From: an uncultured Candidatus Saccharibacteria bacterium
GTDB lineage: Bacteria; Patescibacteriota; Minisyncoccia; Sungbacterales; SURF-37
Length of the DNA stretch: 36,197 nucleotides
Direction: 5' to 3'
Assembly: GCA_964373495.1 (NCBI GenBank)
Contig: CAYJUW010000001.1
Span: 1 to 36,197 of the forward strand
The translations under genes and the position numbers were made by a program. The notes beneath the pieces are model-generated. The model searched no databases. It had not been told where the DNA came from and saw only the letters and a list, made by a program, of their open reading frames with translations. Positions 1 through 7,441 of the stretch are shown here, in pieces. The first letter of the stretch is position 1. Every line of letters starts with the position of its first letter.

Positions 1-120
1 CGATGTGCATGGCAATGATGCCAATCTACAAATGAAATGCCAATCTACGAATTGCTAATCCGTCAATCCGGTTATTCGCAATCCGCGCGATTGGCATAAG
101 ATTCGCTGATTGGCATCACA
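1..120. repeat. Intergenic repeat block 3' of ftsW: ATGCCAATCTAC x2 direct (18-29, 37-48) and inverted GATTGGCAT x2 (89-97, 108-116)
   Basis: Read directly. The reverse complement of about 70-120 (GTGATGCCAATCAGCGAATCTTATGCCAATC...) aligns with the sequence after the corA stop at 35579-35640. Truncated by the window edge. Confidence 0.6.
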
Positions 121-1206
121 TTAGGTGTGTTTAGATACGTTCAATATGATGCCGGCCATGGCCAGGGTGATGATGAGCGAGGTCCCGCCGTAGGAGATGA
201 AGGGCAGCGGGATGCCGGTCAAGGGCAGGAGCCCGGAGATGGCCGCCATGTTGATCGTCGCCTGGAGCACGATGAGCGAAGTCATGCCGGTGACGAGGAG
301 CTTTGAAAAGAAGTCCGGAGCGCTCCGGGCGACGGCGATGGCCCGGAGAAAGAAGGCAAAGAAGAGGGCGATGAGCGCGGAGGCGCCCAGGAACCCAAAC
401 TCCTCCACGACCACGGCGAATACCGAATCCCCGATGGGTTCGGGCAGGTAAGAAAACTTCTGGATGGACTGCCCGAAGCCCCGGCCGAGAAAACCGCCCG
501 ACCCGATGGCGATCAGGGCCTGGGAGATGTGGTAGCCGATGCCCTGGGGGTCAAGGTCGCGGTTGAAGAAAACGAGGAAACGGGCCACGCGGTAGGGTGC
601 CACCCGGACCACGGCCGCCAGGCCGGCCGCGGCCAGCAGGGCAAAGGCGACGAGCTGCGAGATGCGGCCGCCGCCGAGGAAATAGAGGATGATAGCGCTC
701 AGGCCGGTGACGACGAGCGTACCGATGTCGGGCTGGAGCAGGAGGAGCGCGGCCACGATTCCGACGACGATCAGGAACGGCACAAAGGCCGTGGTGAAGC
801 CCTTGGCCTGGCCTTTTTTCTTATCCAGCCAGCTGGCTAGGTACAGTATAAGCGAAAGTTTGAGGATTTCCGAGGGCTGGACGCTGAAAGGGCCGAAGTG
901 GAGCCAGCGGCTGGCCCCGCCGGAGGTGAAGCCGAACTGGGGGAGGAAGACCGAGGCCACGAGGAGGAGCGCGAGCGCCAGGAGCGGCAGGGCGATCTTT
1001 TTCCAAAATTTGTACGGGATGGCTTGGGCGGCGAGGAGTGCGGCCAGGCCGATGAGTGCGGAGAGGCCCTGGCGGAGGAGATAGTAGTAGGGCGTGCCGA
1101 AGTTCTTCTGGGAGATGACCACCGAAGCCGAGGAGATGACAAAGAGCCCCGCTCCGAGCAGGATCAGCGTGATGGCCAGGAAGGGATAATCAACATGGCG
1201 GCGCAT
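121..1206 (-). CDS. ftsW: FtsW/RodA/SpoVE-family cell-division or elongation protein (SEDS family)
   Basis: ORF 121-1299 is a multi-TM protein with typical FtsW/RodA C-terminal motifs (PEPIGDSVFAVV, LLPLTGIPLPFISYGGTS). I place the start at ATG 1206 (MRRHVDYPFLAI...) because the 5' extension overlaps the upstream small ORF and a terminator-like hairpin. It sits next to murD. Confidence 0.85.
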   Translation of the reverse strand: MRRHVDYPFLAITLILLGAGLFVISSASVVISQKNFGTPYYYLLRQGLSALIGLAALLAAQAIPYKFWKKIALPLLALALLLVASVFLPQFGFTSGGASRWLHFGPFSVQPSEILKLSLILYLASWLDKKKGQAKGFTTAFVPFLIVVGIVAALLLLQPDIGTLVVTGLSAIILYFLGGGRISQLVAFALLAAAGLAAVVRVAPYRVARFLVFFNRDLDPQGIGYHISQALIAIGSGGFLGRGFGQSIQKFSYLPEPIGDSVFAVVVEEFGFLGASALIALFFAFFLRAIAVARSAPDFFSKLLVTGMTSLIVLQATINMAAISGLLPLTGIPLPFISYGGTSLIITLAMAGIILNVSKHT

Positions 1207-1230
1207 CGAACATATCGTACCCCAGGCCGA

Positions 1231-1263
1231 AACGAAAAAGGAGGGTTCGGTTGCTCCGAACCC
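1231..1263 (-). terminator. Terminator-like hairpin between the small ORF and ftsW
   Basis: On the minus strand, GGGTTCGG-AGCAA-CCGAACCC (1243-1263) is followed by CTCCTTTTTCGTTT. Confidence 0.4.
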
Positions 1264-1279
1264 CCACTTACATCGCCGT

Positions 1280-1471
1280 TCAGTCGAGGATAGCCACATC
1301 CTCCTGCCTCACCGTGAGGCGGGTGCCGTCACCGCACTCAAGGGTGATCAGCTCCTCACCCACCGCGACGATCGGGAGTATGGAACCCTCGAGCTGCCCG
1401 AGATCGACCTCTTCGCCGTCCTCGGCGATCCCGACGAGGTCGTGCCATCTGCAGAGGATCTCCCCCCTCAT
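1280..1471 (-). CDS. Hypothetical small acidic protein (63 aa)
   Basis: ORF with a GGAGG Shine-Dalgarno about 9 nt upstream of ATG 1471 (cctGAGGAGGgataccaaaATG). No family recognised. Confidence 0.5.
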   Translation of the reverse strand: MRGEILCRWHDLVGIAEDGEEVDLGQLEGSILPIVAVGEELITLECGDGTRLTVRQEDVAILD

Positions 1472-1485
1472 TTTGGTATCCCTCC

Positions 1486-1614
1486 TCAGGGCGCGGTCAC
1501 GAGTTTAAAGATCGCATAGCCGATCACCGCCCACATGAAGGCGCCGATGATCACTCCCCGGATGATGCTTTTCCGCGCCGAAGTCTCGATTGGTATTGGT
1601 TCACCGTCCCACAT
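1486..1614 (-). CDS. Hypothetical 42-aa single-TM peptide (MWDGEPIPIETSARKSIIRGVIIGAFMWAVIGYAIFKLVTAP)
   Basis: Translated by hand; it is below the ORF-track cutoff. A GGAGGG SD lies 7 nt upstream of ATG 1614, and the stop TGA is at 1488-1486. Confidence 0.5.
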   Translation of the reverse strand: MWDGEPIPIETSARKSIIRGVIIGAFMWAVIGYAIFKLVTAP

Positions 1615-1690
1615 CTTTAGCCCTCCGTTTGTGTTGTGATGGCGCCATGGAAGATGCTGTTTCTAATCTAGATTCTTCTATCGTCCCCTG

Positions 1691-3154
1691 TCAAGGTCTC
1701 AGGCTCTTTACTGCCCGTACGAACTTTTCCCCGCGGTCAAATTCGTGCCTGAACAGTCCAAAGCTCGCCGCGCCCGGCGAGAGCAGCACCGCGTCCCCCC
1801 GCTTGGCATTGCGGTAGGCCACCCGCACCGCCATCGCCATCGTCCGCGCATCCCGAATACTTAAATACTGTACAGTATTTAAGTATTCGCCATGTGCGCC
1901 GGGCTTTTGCCCCGTTTGCCCCTGGTGGAACATTTGCCGCCCCAAGGCCTTTTGCATTTTGTCGGTTGCTGTACCGGGCAGGAATGTTACGGAAGCTGCA
2001 TTCTCGCGGAGCGCCCGCATGAACTGACTAGCCGCTAGACCCTTGTCGTAACCGCCGGCGATGACGTGGAGACCGTGATGCCCGATGCCTCGCTTGGTGG
2101 CGATGATCGCTTGCTCCGCCGCCGTGGGATTCGTCGCCGTCGTGTCATTGATGAAGGAAACCCCGCGGACTTTCCGTACAAGCTCCATGCGGCCGGGCAT
2201 GCCGCGGAAGCGGGCGAGCGCGGTTCGGACGGCGCGCTCCCCTACTCCGGTATGCCGGGCGATGGCAACGGCCCCGGCGATGTTCGGGATATGGAACGCG
2301 GGAATGTTTTTTGCCAGCGCGTCACGGTAGCGACGCAAAATTTTCTGGGAATCGAAACGGATGACGCGCGATGGTGTATTACGGGCTATGCGCCGGAGCA
2401 GCGGATCACGGGCGTTGACGAACAGCATGTCACCGCGTTTCTGGAATTTGAAAATGTTCGCCTTGGATGCGATGTAGGCGGCCATCGAAGGGTAGCGGTT
2501 CAAGTGATCCGGAAAGATGTTGGTGATGAGGGCGATCGCCGGGCTCCGGCGGCTGTTCTTTAGCGAATCTAGTTGGAAACTCGATAGTTCCAGCACCACA
2601 AGGTCGTTTTTACGCACCCGTAACAGGAATTCAAGAACGGATTTCCTGATGTTGCCGCCGAGCCACACTCGGGATCCGCGTCTGATCCGCGTAGCCGATC
2701 CGCGTGGGATCCGCGGAGATTCCCCATGCCGCATCTCGGCACGGAGCATTGAGGCCAACAGGGTTGCGGTTGTTGACTTCCCTTTCGTACCGGTGATGCC
2801 GATGATCGGCGCCGGGCATCCGAGAAAAAAAATCTCAACATCGGAGAGGATGGAAACGCCGGCGCGCCTGGCGATTTTCAGAAACTTTGAGTTTTCGGGT
2901 ACGCCGGGGCCCTTGATGATGTAGTCAGCGATTTTGAAATCAGCCGGCCGGTGCCCGCCGAGGCGGTAGGTGATGTTTTTGAAGCGGCGGAGTTTGGCAA
3001 TGGTCGGCGCAAGTTGCCGTTTCGTTTTCAGATCAGTGACGATCACGTGGCTTCCCAAGCGGGAGAAGAAAGCAGCGGCGCCGGCGCCGCCTCCGTGCAA
3101 CCCCAATCCCATGATGAGGGCTTTTTTATTTTTGAAATCAGCGAGCTTCAGCAT
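1691..3154 (-). CDS. murD: UDP-N-acetylmuramoylalanine--D-glutamate ligase (MurD) with two unusual in-frame inserts
   Basis: N-terminal GLGLHGGG Rossmann motif, P-loop GITGTKGKSTT, and C-terminal LLSPGAASFGLFRHEFDRGEKF, which is typical of MurD. 487 aa. Confidence 0.9.
   Translation of the reverse strand: MLKLADFKNKKALIMGLGLHGGGAGAAAFFSRLGSHVIVTDLKTKRQLAPTIAKLRRFKNITYRLGGHRPADFKIADYIIKGPGVPENSKFLKIARRAGVSILSDVEIFFLGCPAPIIGITGTKGKSTTATLLASMLRAEMRHGESPRIPRGSATRIRRGSRVWLGGNIRKSVLEFLLRVRKNDLVVLELSSFQLDSLKNSRRSPAIALITNIFPDHLNRYPSMAAYIASKANIFKFQKRGDMLFVNARDPLLRRIARNTPSRVIRFDSQKILRRYRDALAKNIPAFHIPNIAGAVAIARHTGVGERAVRTALARFRGMPGRMELVRKVRGVSFINDTTATNPTAAEQAIIATKRGIGHHGLHVIAGGYDKGLAASQFMRALRENAASVTFLPGTATDKMQKALGRQMFHQGQTGQKPGAHGEYLNTVQYLSIRDARTMAMAVRVAYRNAKRGDAVLLSPGAASFGLFRHEFDRGEKFVRAVKSLRP
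1854..1889. repeat. 36-bp perfect palindrome CGAATACTTAAATACTGTACAGTATTTAAGTATTCG inside murD (GTAC-core AT-rich family)
   Basis: Arms checked base by base around the GTAC centre at 1870-1873. Encodes EYLNTVQYLSIR in the murD frame. Confidence 0.95.
2671..2715. repeat. Four closely spaced GATCCGCG copies (2673, 2684, 2697, 2708) inside murD
   Basis: Sequence is GGGATCCGCGTCTGATCCGCGTAGCCGATCCGCGTGGGATCCGCG. It encodes the Arg/Ser-rich stretch PRIPRGSATRIRRGSR between the P-loop and the GGNI motif. Confidence 0.85.
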
Positions 3155-3722
3155 ACTTCATGATCGCATCACGCGTTGCCGGTAGTTCTCTTACGCCGTC
3201 GTCCTCGCTGAAGTGGCCTTTCCCCGGCTCGATTATAATTTCTGCGCCCACCCTGTTGCGGAATAGTTGGGCATTTTCGATTGGTACGTCGGGGTCATCA
3301 TCGGAGAACAGTGCGGTGAAATTATTCGTCGTTCGTCTCACCTTTGCAAAATCAATAGGCTGCTCAAGCCATTGCCGAGCAATCTCCCGTTCAGCGGCTG
3401 TTGGTGTTGCCTCGGGGGTTAGCGAGAACCAGCCGGCGACAAATACCGCGCCGCCGATGGCCGCGTTTATCGTTTCCAGGTAACGCAGGATGGTTAGACA
3501 GCCGATGCTATGACCGACAAAGTACGTATCCTTATTCGGCGCTTCGACCTGTCTGGCCAGATGCGGGACCCACGCCTCGACACGGGGCTCATTGCTATTC
3601 GGCATCGCAGGGATAAATACTGCAAATCCATTAGACTCGAGTTCCCCTTTCAGCCAAGGGAGCCAACCTTCATCAGGATGTCCGCCCCAGCCATGAATGA
3701 TGAATACGCGCTTGGATGCCAT
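3138..3722 (-). CDS. Alpha/beta serine hydrolase, YdeN/RBBP9-like family
   Basis: VFIIHGWGGHPDEGWLPWL plus the nucleophile elbow VGHSIGC, about 190 aa. The 3' end overlaps the murD start by 17 nt. Confidence 0.75.
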   Translation of the reverse strand: MASKRVFIIHGWGGHPDEGWLPWLKGELESNGFAVFIPAMPNSNEPRVEAWVPHLARQVEAPNKDTYFVGHSIGCLTILRYLETINAAIGGAVFVAGWFSLTPEATPTAAEREIARQWLEQPIDFAKVRRTTNNFTALFSDDDPDVPIENAQLFRNRVGAEIIIEPGKGHFSEDDGVRELPATRDAIMKYAEAR

Positions 3723-3751
3723 AATGATGTTATCTCAACAGCCAAACTGTT

Positions 3752-3793
3752 ATCTTAACAATTAAACGACGATCGTTTGAAAATTGTTAAGAT
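3752..3793. repeat. 42-bp imperfect nested palindrome in the AT-rich region upstream of the hydrolase-murD genes
   Basis: ATCTTAACAATT (3752-3763) pairs with AATTGTTAAGAT (3782-3793) and encloses AAACGA/TCGTTT. GTTATCT(C/T)AACA is also directly repeated at 3729 and 3749. Possible operator or promoter region. Confidence 0.5.
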
Positions 3794-3822
3794 TGAATTT
3801 CCAATATCCTAAACCGATTTTA

Positions 3823-3903
3823 CCCCGTTAGATCCCGAACGCTCCGGCTTGCCCCGTTAGAAACGATGTTTCTAACGGGGTGAAGGGTGGGGATCTAACG
3901 GGG
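3823..3903. repeat. Nested CCCCGTTAGA hairpin element
   Basis: Outer arms are CCCCGTTAGATCCC (3823-3836) and GGGATCTAACGGGG (3890-3903). The inner hairpin is CCCCGTTAGAAAC-GAT-GTTTCTAACGGGG (3852-3880). It begins 1 nt from the stop codon of the 3905-5482 gene. Confidence 0.9.
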
Positions 3904-3904
3904 T

Positions 3905-5482
3905 TTACGGTTTCCGCAACACTTGGCCGGCGGCCGCGCCGGTGAGCTGGCCCTGTTCCATGGCGAGTGTGCCGTTGACGACCACGGCTTCGATGCCGGT
4001 GGAATGGACGTAGGGGTTGAGGTAGGTGGAGTTGTCGCGGATTTTCTCCGGATCGAAGATGACCAGGTCGGCCCAGTGGCCCTTGGCAATGCGGCCGCGC
4101 TCGGCAAACCCCACGGCATCGGCCGGCAGGGAGGTGATTTTGCGCATACCTTCCTCCCAAGATATGAGCCCGGCCTCGCGGACGAAGCGGTGGAGGAAGT
4201 GCGGAAACGCTCCGGTGGAGCGCGGGTGGACGAGCTTGCCGGTTTGGCCAAGCTCGGCCGATACCCCGCTAGCGTCCGAGGCCATGATGCCCAAGGGGTG
4301 GGTCAGGCCGGCTACGACATTCTTGAAGGCGAGCGTTTTGCCGAAGATCGTCACCCGGCCGCCGTTGGCCGCGAGGAGCTCCAAGATGGCCTGCTCCGGG
4401 GACGAGCCGGCCCGCTCGGCGACCTCGGCGATGGTCAGGCCGTTGGTGTCGGTCACGACTGAGCTGGCAACGATGTAGCGATCGTAGTGGAGCGTTAAGC
4501 GCTGTAGCTCTTCGATGATGGTCGCGCGGTTGGCCGGATGGGCGATGCGCTTGAGCATGGCCGGGAATCCGCCTTCGCGGGCCCAGGGCGGCAGGAGGAG
4601 GTAGAGGAAGGAGCCGGTGCGCTGGTAGGGGGACACATCGAAGTGGAAGGGCTGGCCGTGGGCATGGGCCCGCTCGATCATGGCCAGGGCCTTAGGGAAG
4701 AACGGCCAGCTCTTGCGGCCGATGGCTTTGAAGTGCGAGACGATGACCTTGGCTTTGGACTCGCGGGCGATCTGGACGGCTTCGTTCATGGCCGGGATGA
4801 GGTCAGCCCCTTCGTGGCGGAGATGGGTTTTGTACACGGCGCCGTGGCGGGCGAGGACTTTGGCCAGCGCAGTGAGTTCTTCTGCGGTGGCCGGCTGTTC
4901 GTGGCTGTAGACCAGGCCGGTGGACAGGCCGAAGGCGCCCTCGCTAATCCCCCGCTCGAGGTGCTCGACCGCCTGGGCGAGCTCCTCGGCGTTCATGGGC
5001 CGGGATTCGCCGGCCAGGATCCCGCGGCGCAGCGTGCCGTGGCCGACGAGCGTGGCCACGTTTAGGCCGAGCGGATGGCGGGCCAGTTCCTCAAGGAGTT
5101 CTTTCACCGTGGCCCAGTTGATGTTGCGGCTGGTGGCCTCCCATTTGCGGAGCGAGGCCGCGGCTTCCGGGGATACAAGCGGGGCCAGCGAGGAGCCGCA
5201 GTTGCCGACGAGGATGGTGGTCACCCCCTGGGTCAGGAGGTAGTCCTGGAGGGGATTCTGGAAGATGGCCCAGTTTTTGTCGGCGTGGCTGGTGAGGTCA
5301 ATGAAGCCCGGGGTCACGAACTTGCCGAAGGCCGGGACGGTCTTCGCACTTCCGGCGCCGGGGAGGGTGGGGGCGCCGATGTCCTGGATGCGGCCGCCTT
5401 TCAGGCCGATGTCGGCTAAAAAACGCGGCTTTCCGGTGCCGTCAATGACCATGCCGTCTTTGATCAGGAGGTCGTAGGTCAT
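3905..5482 (-). CDS. N-acyl-D-amino-acid deacylase (D-aminoacylase) family amidohydrolase
   Basis: N-terminus YDLLIKDGMVIDGTGKPRFLADIGLKGGRIQDIG, then GFID..., VGNCG, and 525 aa in total, all typical of the family. Confidence 0.8.
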   Translation of the reverse strand: MTYDLLIKDGMVIDGTGKPRFLADIGLKGGRIQDIGAPTLPGAGSAKTVPAFGKFVTPGFIDLTSHADKNWAIFQNPLQDYLLTQGVTTILVGNCGSSLAPLVSPEAAASLRKWEATSRNINWATVKELLEELARHPLGLNVATLVGHGTLRRGILAGESRPMNAEELAQAVEHLERGISEGAFGLSTGLVYSHEQPATAEELTALAKVLARHGAVYKTHLRHEGADLIPAMNEAVQIARESKAKVIVSHFKAIGRKSWPFFPKALAMIERAHAHGQPFHFDVSPYQRTGSFLYLLLPPWAREGGFPAMLKRIAHPANRATIIEELQRLTLHYDRYIVASSVVTDTNGLTIAEVAERAGSSPEQAILELLAANGGRVTIFGKTLAFKNVVAGLTHPLGIMASDASGVSAELGQTGKLVHPRSTGAFPHFLHRFVREAGLISWEEGMRKITSLPADAVGFAERGRIAKGHWADLVIFDPEKIRDNSTYLNPYVHSTGIEAVVVNGTLAMEQGQLTGAAAGQVLRKP

Positions 5483-5561
5483 GAGGTGGTAGGTGTCAGG
5501 TGCAAGGTGTTAGGGGTTGGGCAGAAAGTTCAGTTTGAGTATAGCAAAAAAGTGTCTAAAG

Positions 5562-5591
5562 AAAAACGCCCTCATCGTACTGATGAGGGCG
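5562..5591 (-). terminator. Rho-independent terminator after the 72-aa ORF
   Basis: On the minus strand, CGCCCTCATC-AGTAC-GATGAGGGCG is followed by TTTTTCTTT. Confidence 0.7.
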
Positions 5592-5625
5592 CCTGGCACC
5601 CGAATGCGCTGCGAGAGAACTGACT

Positions 5626-5844
5626 TCAGTGGAGGCAACCCTTGGTGAAGGGCACGTCCTTGGCGAGGAGAGAGGCATTTCCGCCGTGCTTCCGAATGTC
5701 ATCGCCCGTGATATCCTTTAGGAGCTTGGTCCGCTTGATCGGGGGAAGGTAGCCTCTGTCGAGCTCGTCAGGGTACTTCCACCGCTCACTGGAGTGGATG
5801 TGCGCGTAGCGCTTGTCGTGATCAGGGTAGTAGACGGGTATCAT
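5626..5844 (-). CDS. Hypothetical protein (72 aa)
   Basis: ORF with a GGGAGGTG SD 5 nt upstream of ATG 5844 and its own terminator. No family recognised. Confidence 0.6.
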   Translation of the reverse strand: MIPVYYPDHDKRYAHIHSSERWKYPDELDRGYLPPIKRTKLLKDITGDDIRKHGGNASLLAKDVPFTKGCLH

Positions 5845-5897
5845 CTTGCACCTCCCAGCTTTTTACGGGCCTGAATGAACTGCCCCTATGTCCTATT

Positions 5898-7316
5898 CTA
5901 CAGTAGACGAGGGAAGCGTATCCAGTCCGCGGTCAGATCAACCCACCGCTCCGTGAGCCGCTGGGCTCGAGCCCTTGCGTTCTTACCCACAAGGAGAATA
6001 AAGTACTGCGGCTCGTCTTTCCAGATCGTCTCGAGATCCGCAACGAGTCTTGAGACCTCGAGGAGATGTTTATCGGTGAGCCCCTTCTTCGCTTCGGAGT
6101 AGAGCGGAACTGCCCGGCTGCCGAGTGGCCGGAACTCTACCTCAAACAGCAACACAGGAACACTCATGTGTCTGTTGAGATGACCTCGGAAGGCATCGAG
6201 GTCCTCTACCTTGGCCACGGCAGCATCAACTCTATCCCCTGCCGCTTTGTGGAGCGCATGATACGCCGGCCTCGTCTTCCAGAGGTTGAGCACGTTCTTC
6301 TTCTCCCGATAGAAGACGGCGCGCTGGATCATCCTTGTGGTTTCGCTATCCGCCTCCATGCTCCGCAGTACGCTCCACAGCCACACGTCGTCCCGCAGGA
6401 CGAATGCGTCCGCATTCTCGGTATTGAACTGTTCTTTCCTGATGATCCTCCGCTCGATGGCTTTTCCGATAAGGTATCGCACCAGCATCTTCATGGCAAC
6501 CACCCCGGTGGTGGAAATGAATCCACACGTGGGTGCGGTAGCGATCAAGGAGGAGTGCTTCCATTGAGGTGAGGGCTTTTTCGGAGTAGGCGATGAGCCA
6601 TCGCTCCTCACGTCGCTCAACGAAGATCGAATCGCAGAGCCGCCGGATGTCGTAGTGGCCGTACTCGCCTCCGGCCAGGAACCCGTCGCGCTGGACAAAG
6701 TCAATACGGTCGGCGTCGATATCTGAATCAACGAGTGACTTTACGACCGAAAGCGGGTCCTCAGGCGGTATATCCTTTTCCGTCATCAACCTGATGAGCG
6801 CATTTCGCACCGGCCTGGTAAGCTTAAGGTCGGGGACCATACGCTTCACGATGGTGGCGCCGAACGCCTCATGGAGCTTTTCGTAGCCGGCGGCACCCGT
6901 CCATTCCTCTACGGTCTTTATCACTCTTTGCTTGCCAACCCAGCTCTTCACCGCCATCTCAAAGAGGTGGGAGAGCGGCAGGTGGCCGATATCATGCAGG
7001 AGCGCGTAGAGCCGGGCGAGCTCGATGAACTCCTCCTTCGAGGTAAGGCTAGTATGCGCCTTCAGCTCGCGAGAGTATACTCTCCATTTTGGGCCCAGGG
7101 TGAGGGTTTCGGCCATCATCCCGGCGACGCGGCAGGTGCCGAGCACGTGTTCAAAGCGCGAGGTGTTCAGGAGGGATAGACGTAGAACGCCACATCGTTC
7201 TGCCTGATCTGCCGGAGCCGCTGGAAGAAGGGGTGGTTGATGATGCACTGCTCCTGTTCGGTGAAGAGAATAGTGCCGTGTACCAAATCCCGTACGCGCA
7301 GGACGTAGCGGAGCAT
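5898..7316 (-). pseudogene. HD-domain metal-dependent phosphohydrolase (COG1078 / SAMHD1-dGTPase-like) disrupted by two frameshifts
   Basis: Segment 1 runs 7316-7167: AAGGAGG SD, MLRYVLRVRDLVHGTILFTEQEQCIINHPFFQRLRQIRQ..., stop TGA at 7169-7167. Segment 2 is in the frame of ORF 6346-7248 (LLNTSRFEHVLG, LHDIGHLPLSH, DADRIDFVQRDG). Segment 3 is in the frame of ORF 5898-6731 (VVAMKMLVRYL...). The frame changes near 7165-7180 and in the CCCC run at 6503-6506. Confidence 0.75.
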
Positions 7317-7441
7317 AAGGAAACCTCCTTTCTCAAGGAACATGAATGCAATTGTGAATAGGCAACCGAATTGCCGCCTCGCGGTTGTGCTATCCGTATC
7401 AGATCCATCCCCATTCCGTCAAGGTACTGACAAACGATTCA

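Noticed and set aside
197-1293. Multiple 60-130 aa ORFs on the plus strand and in alternative minus frames overlapping ftsW. Similar stacks overlap murD, the amidohydrolase, mraY, the kinase, fabH, dnaJ and dnaK.
   Set aside because: Long spurious ORFs are expected in GC-rich DNA. These translations are Arg/Pro/Gly/Ala-rich with no recognisable motifs, and each lies entirely inside a well-supported gene on another frame or strand.
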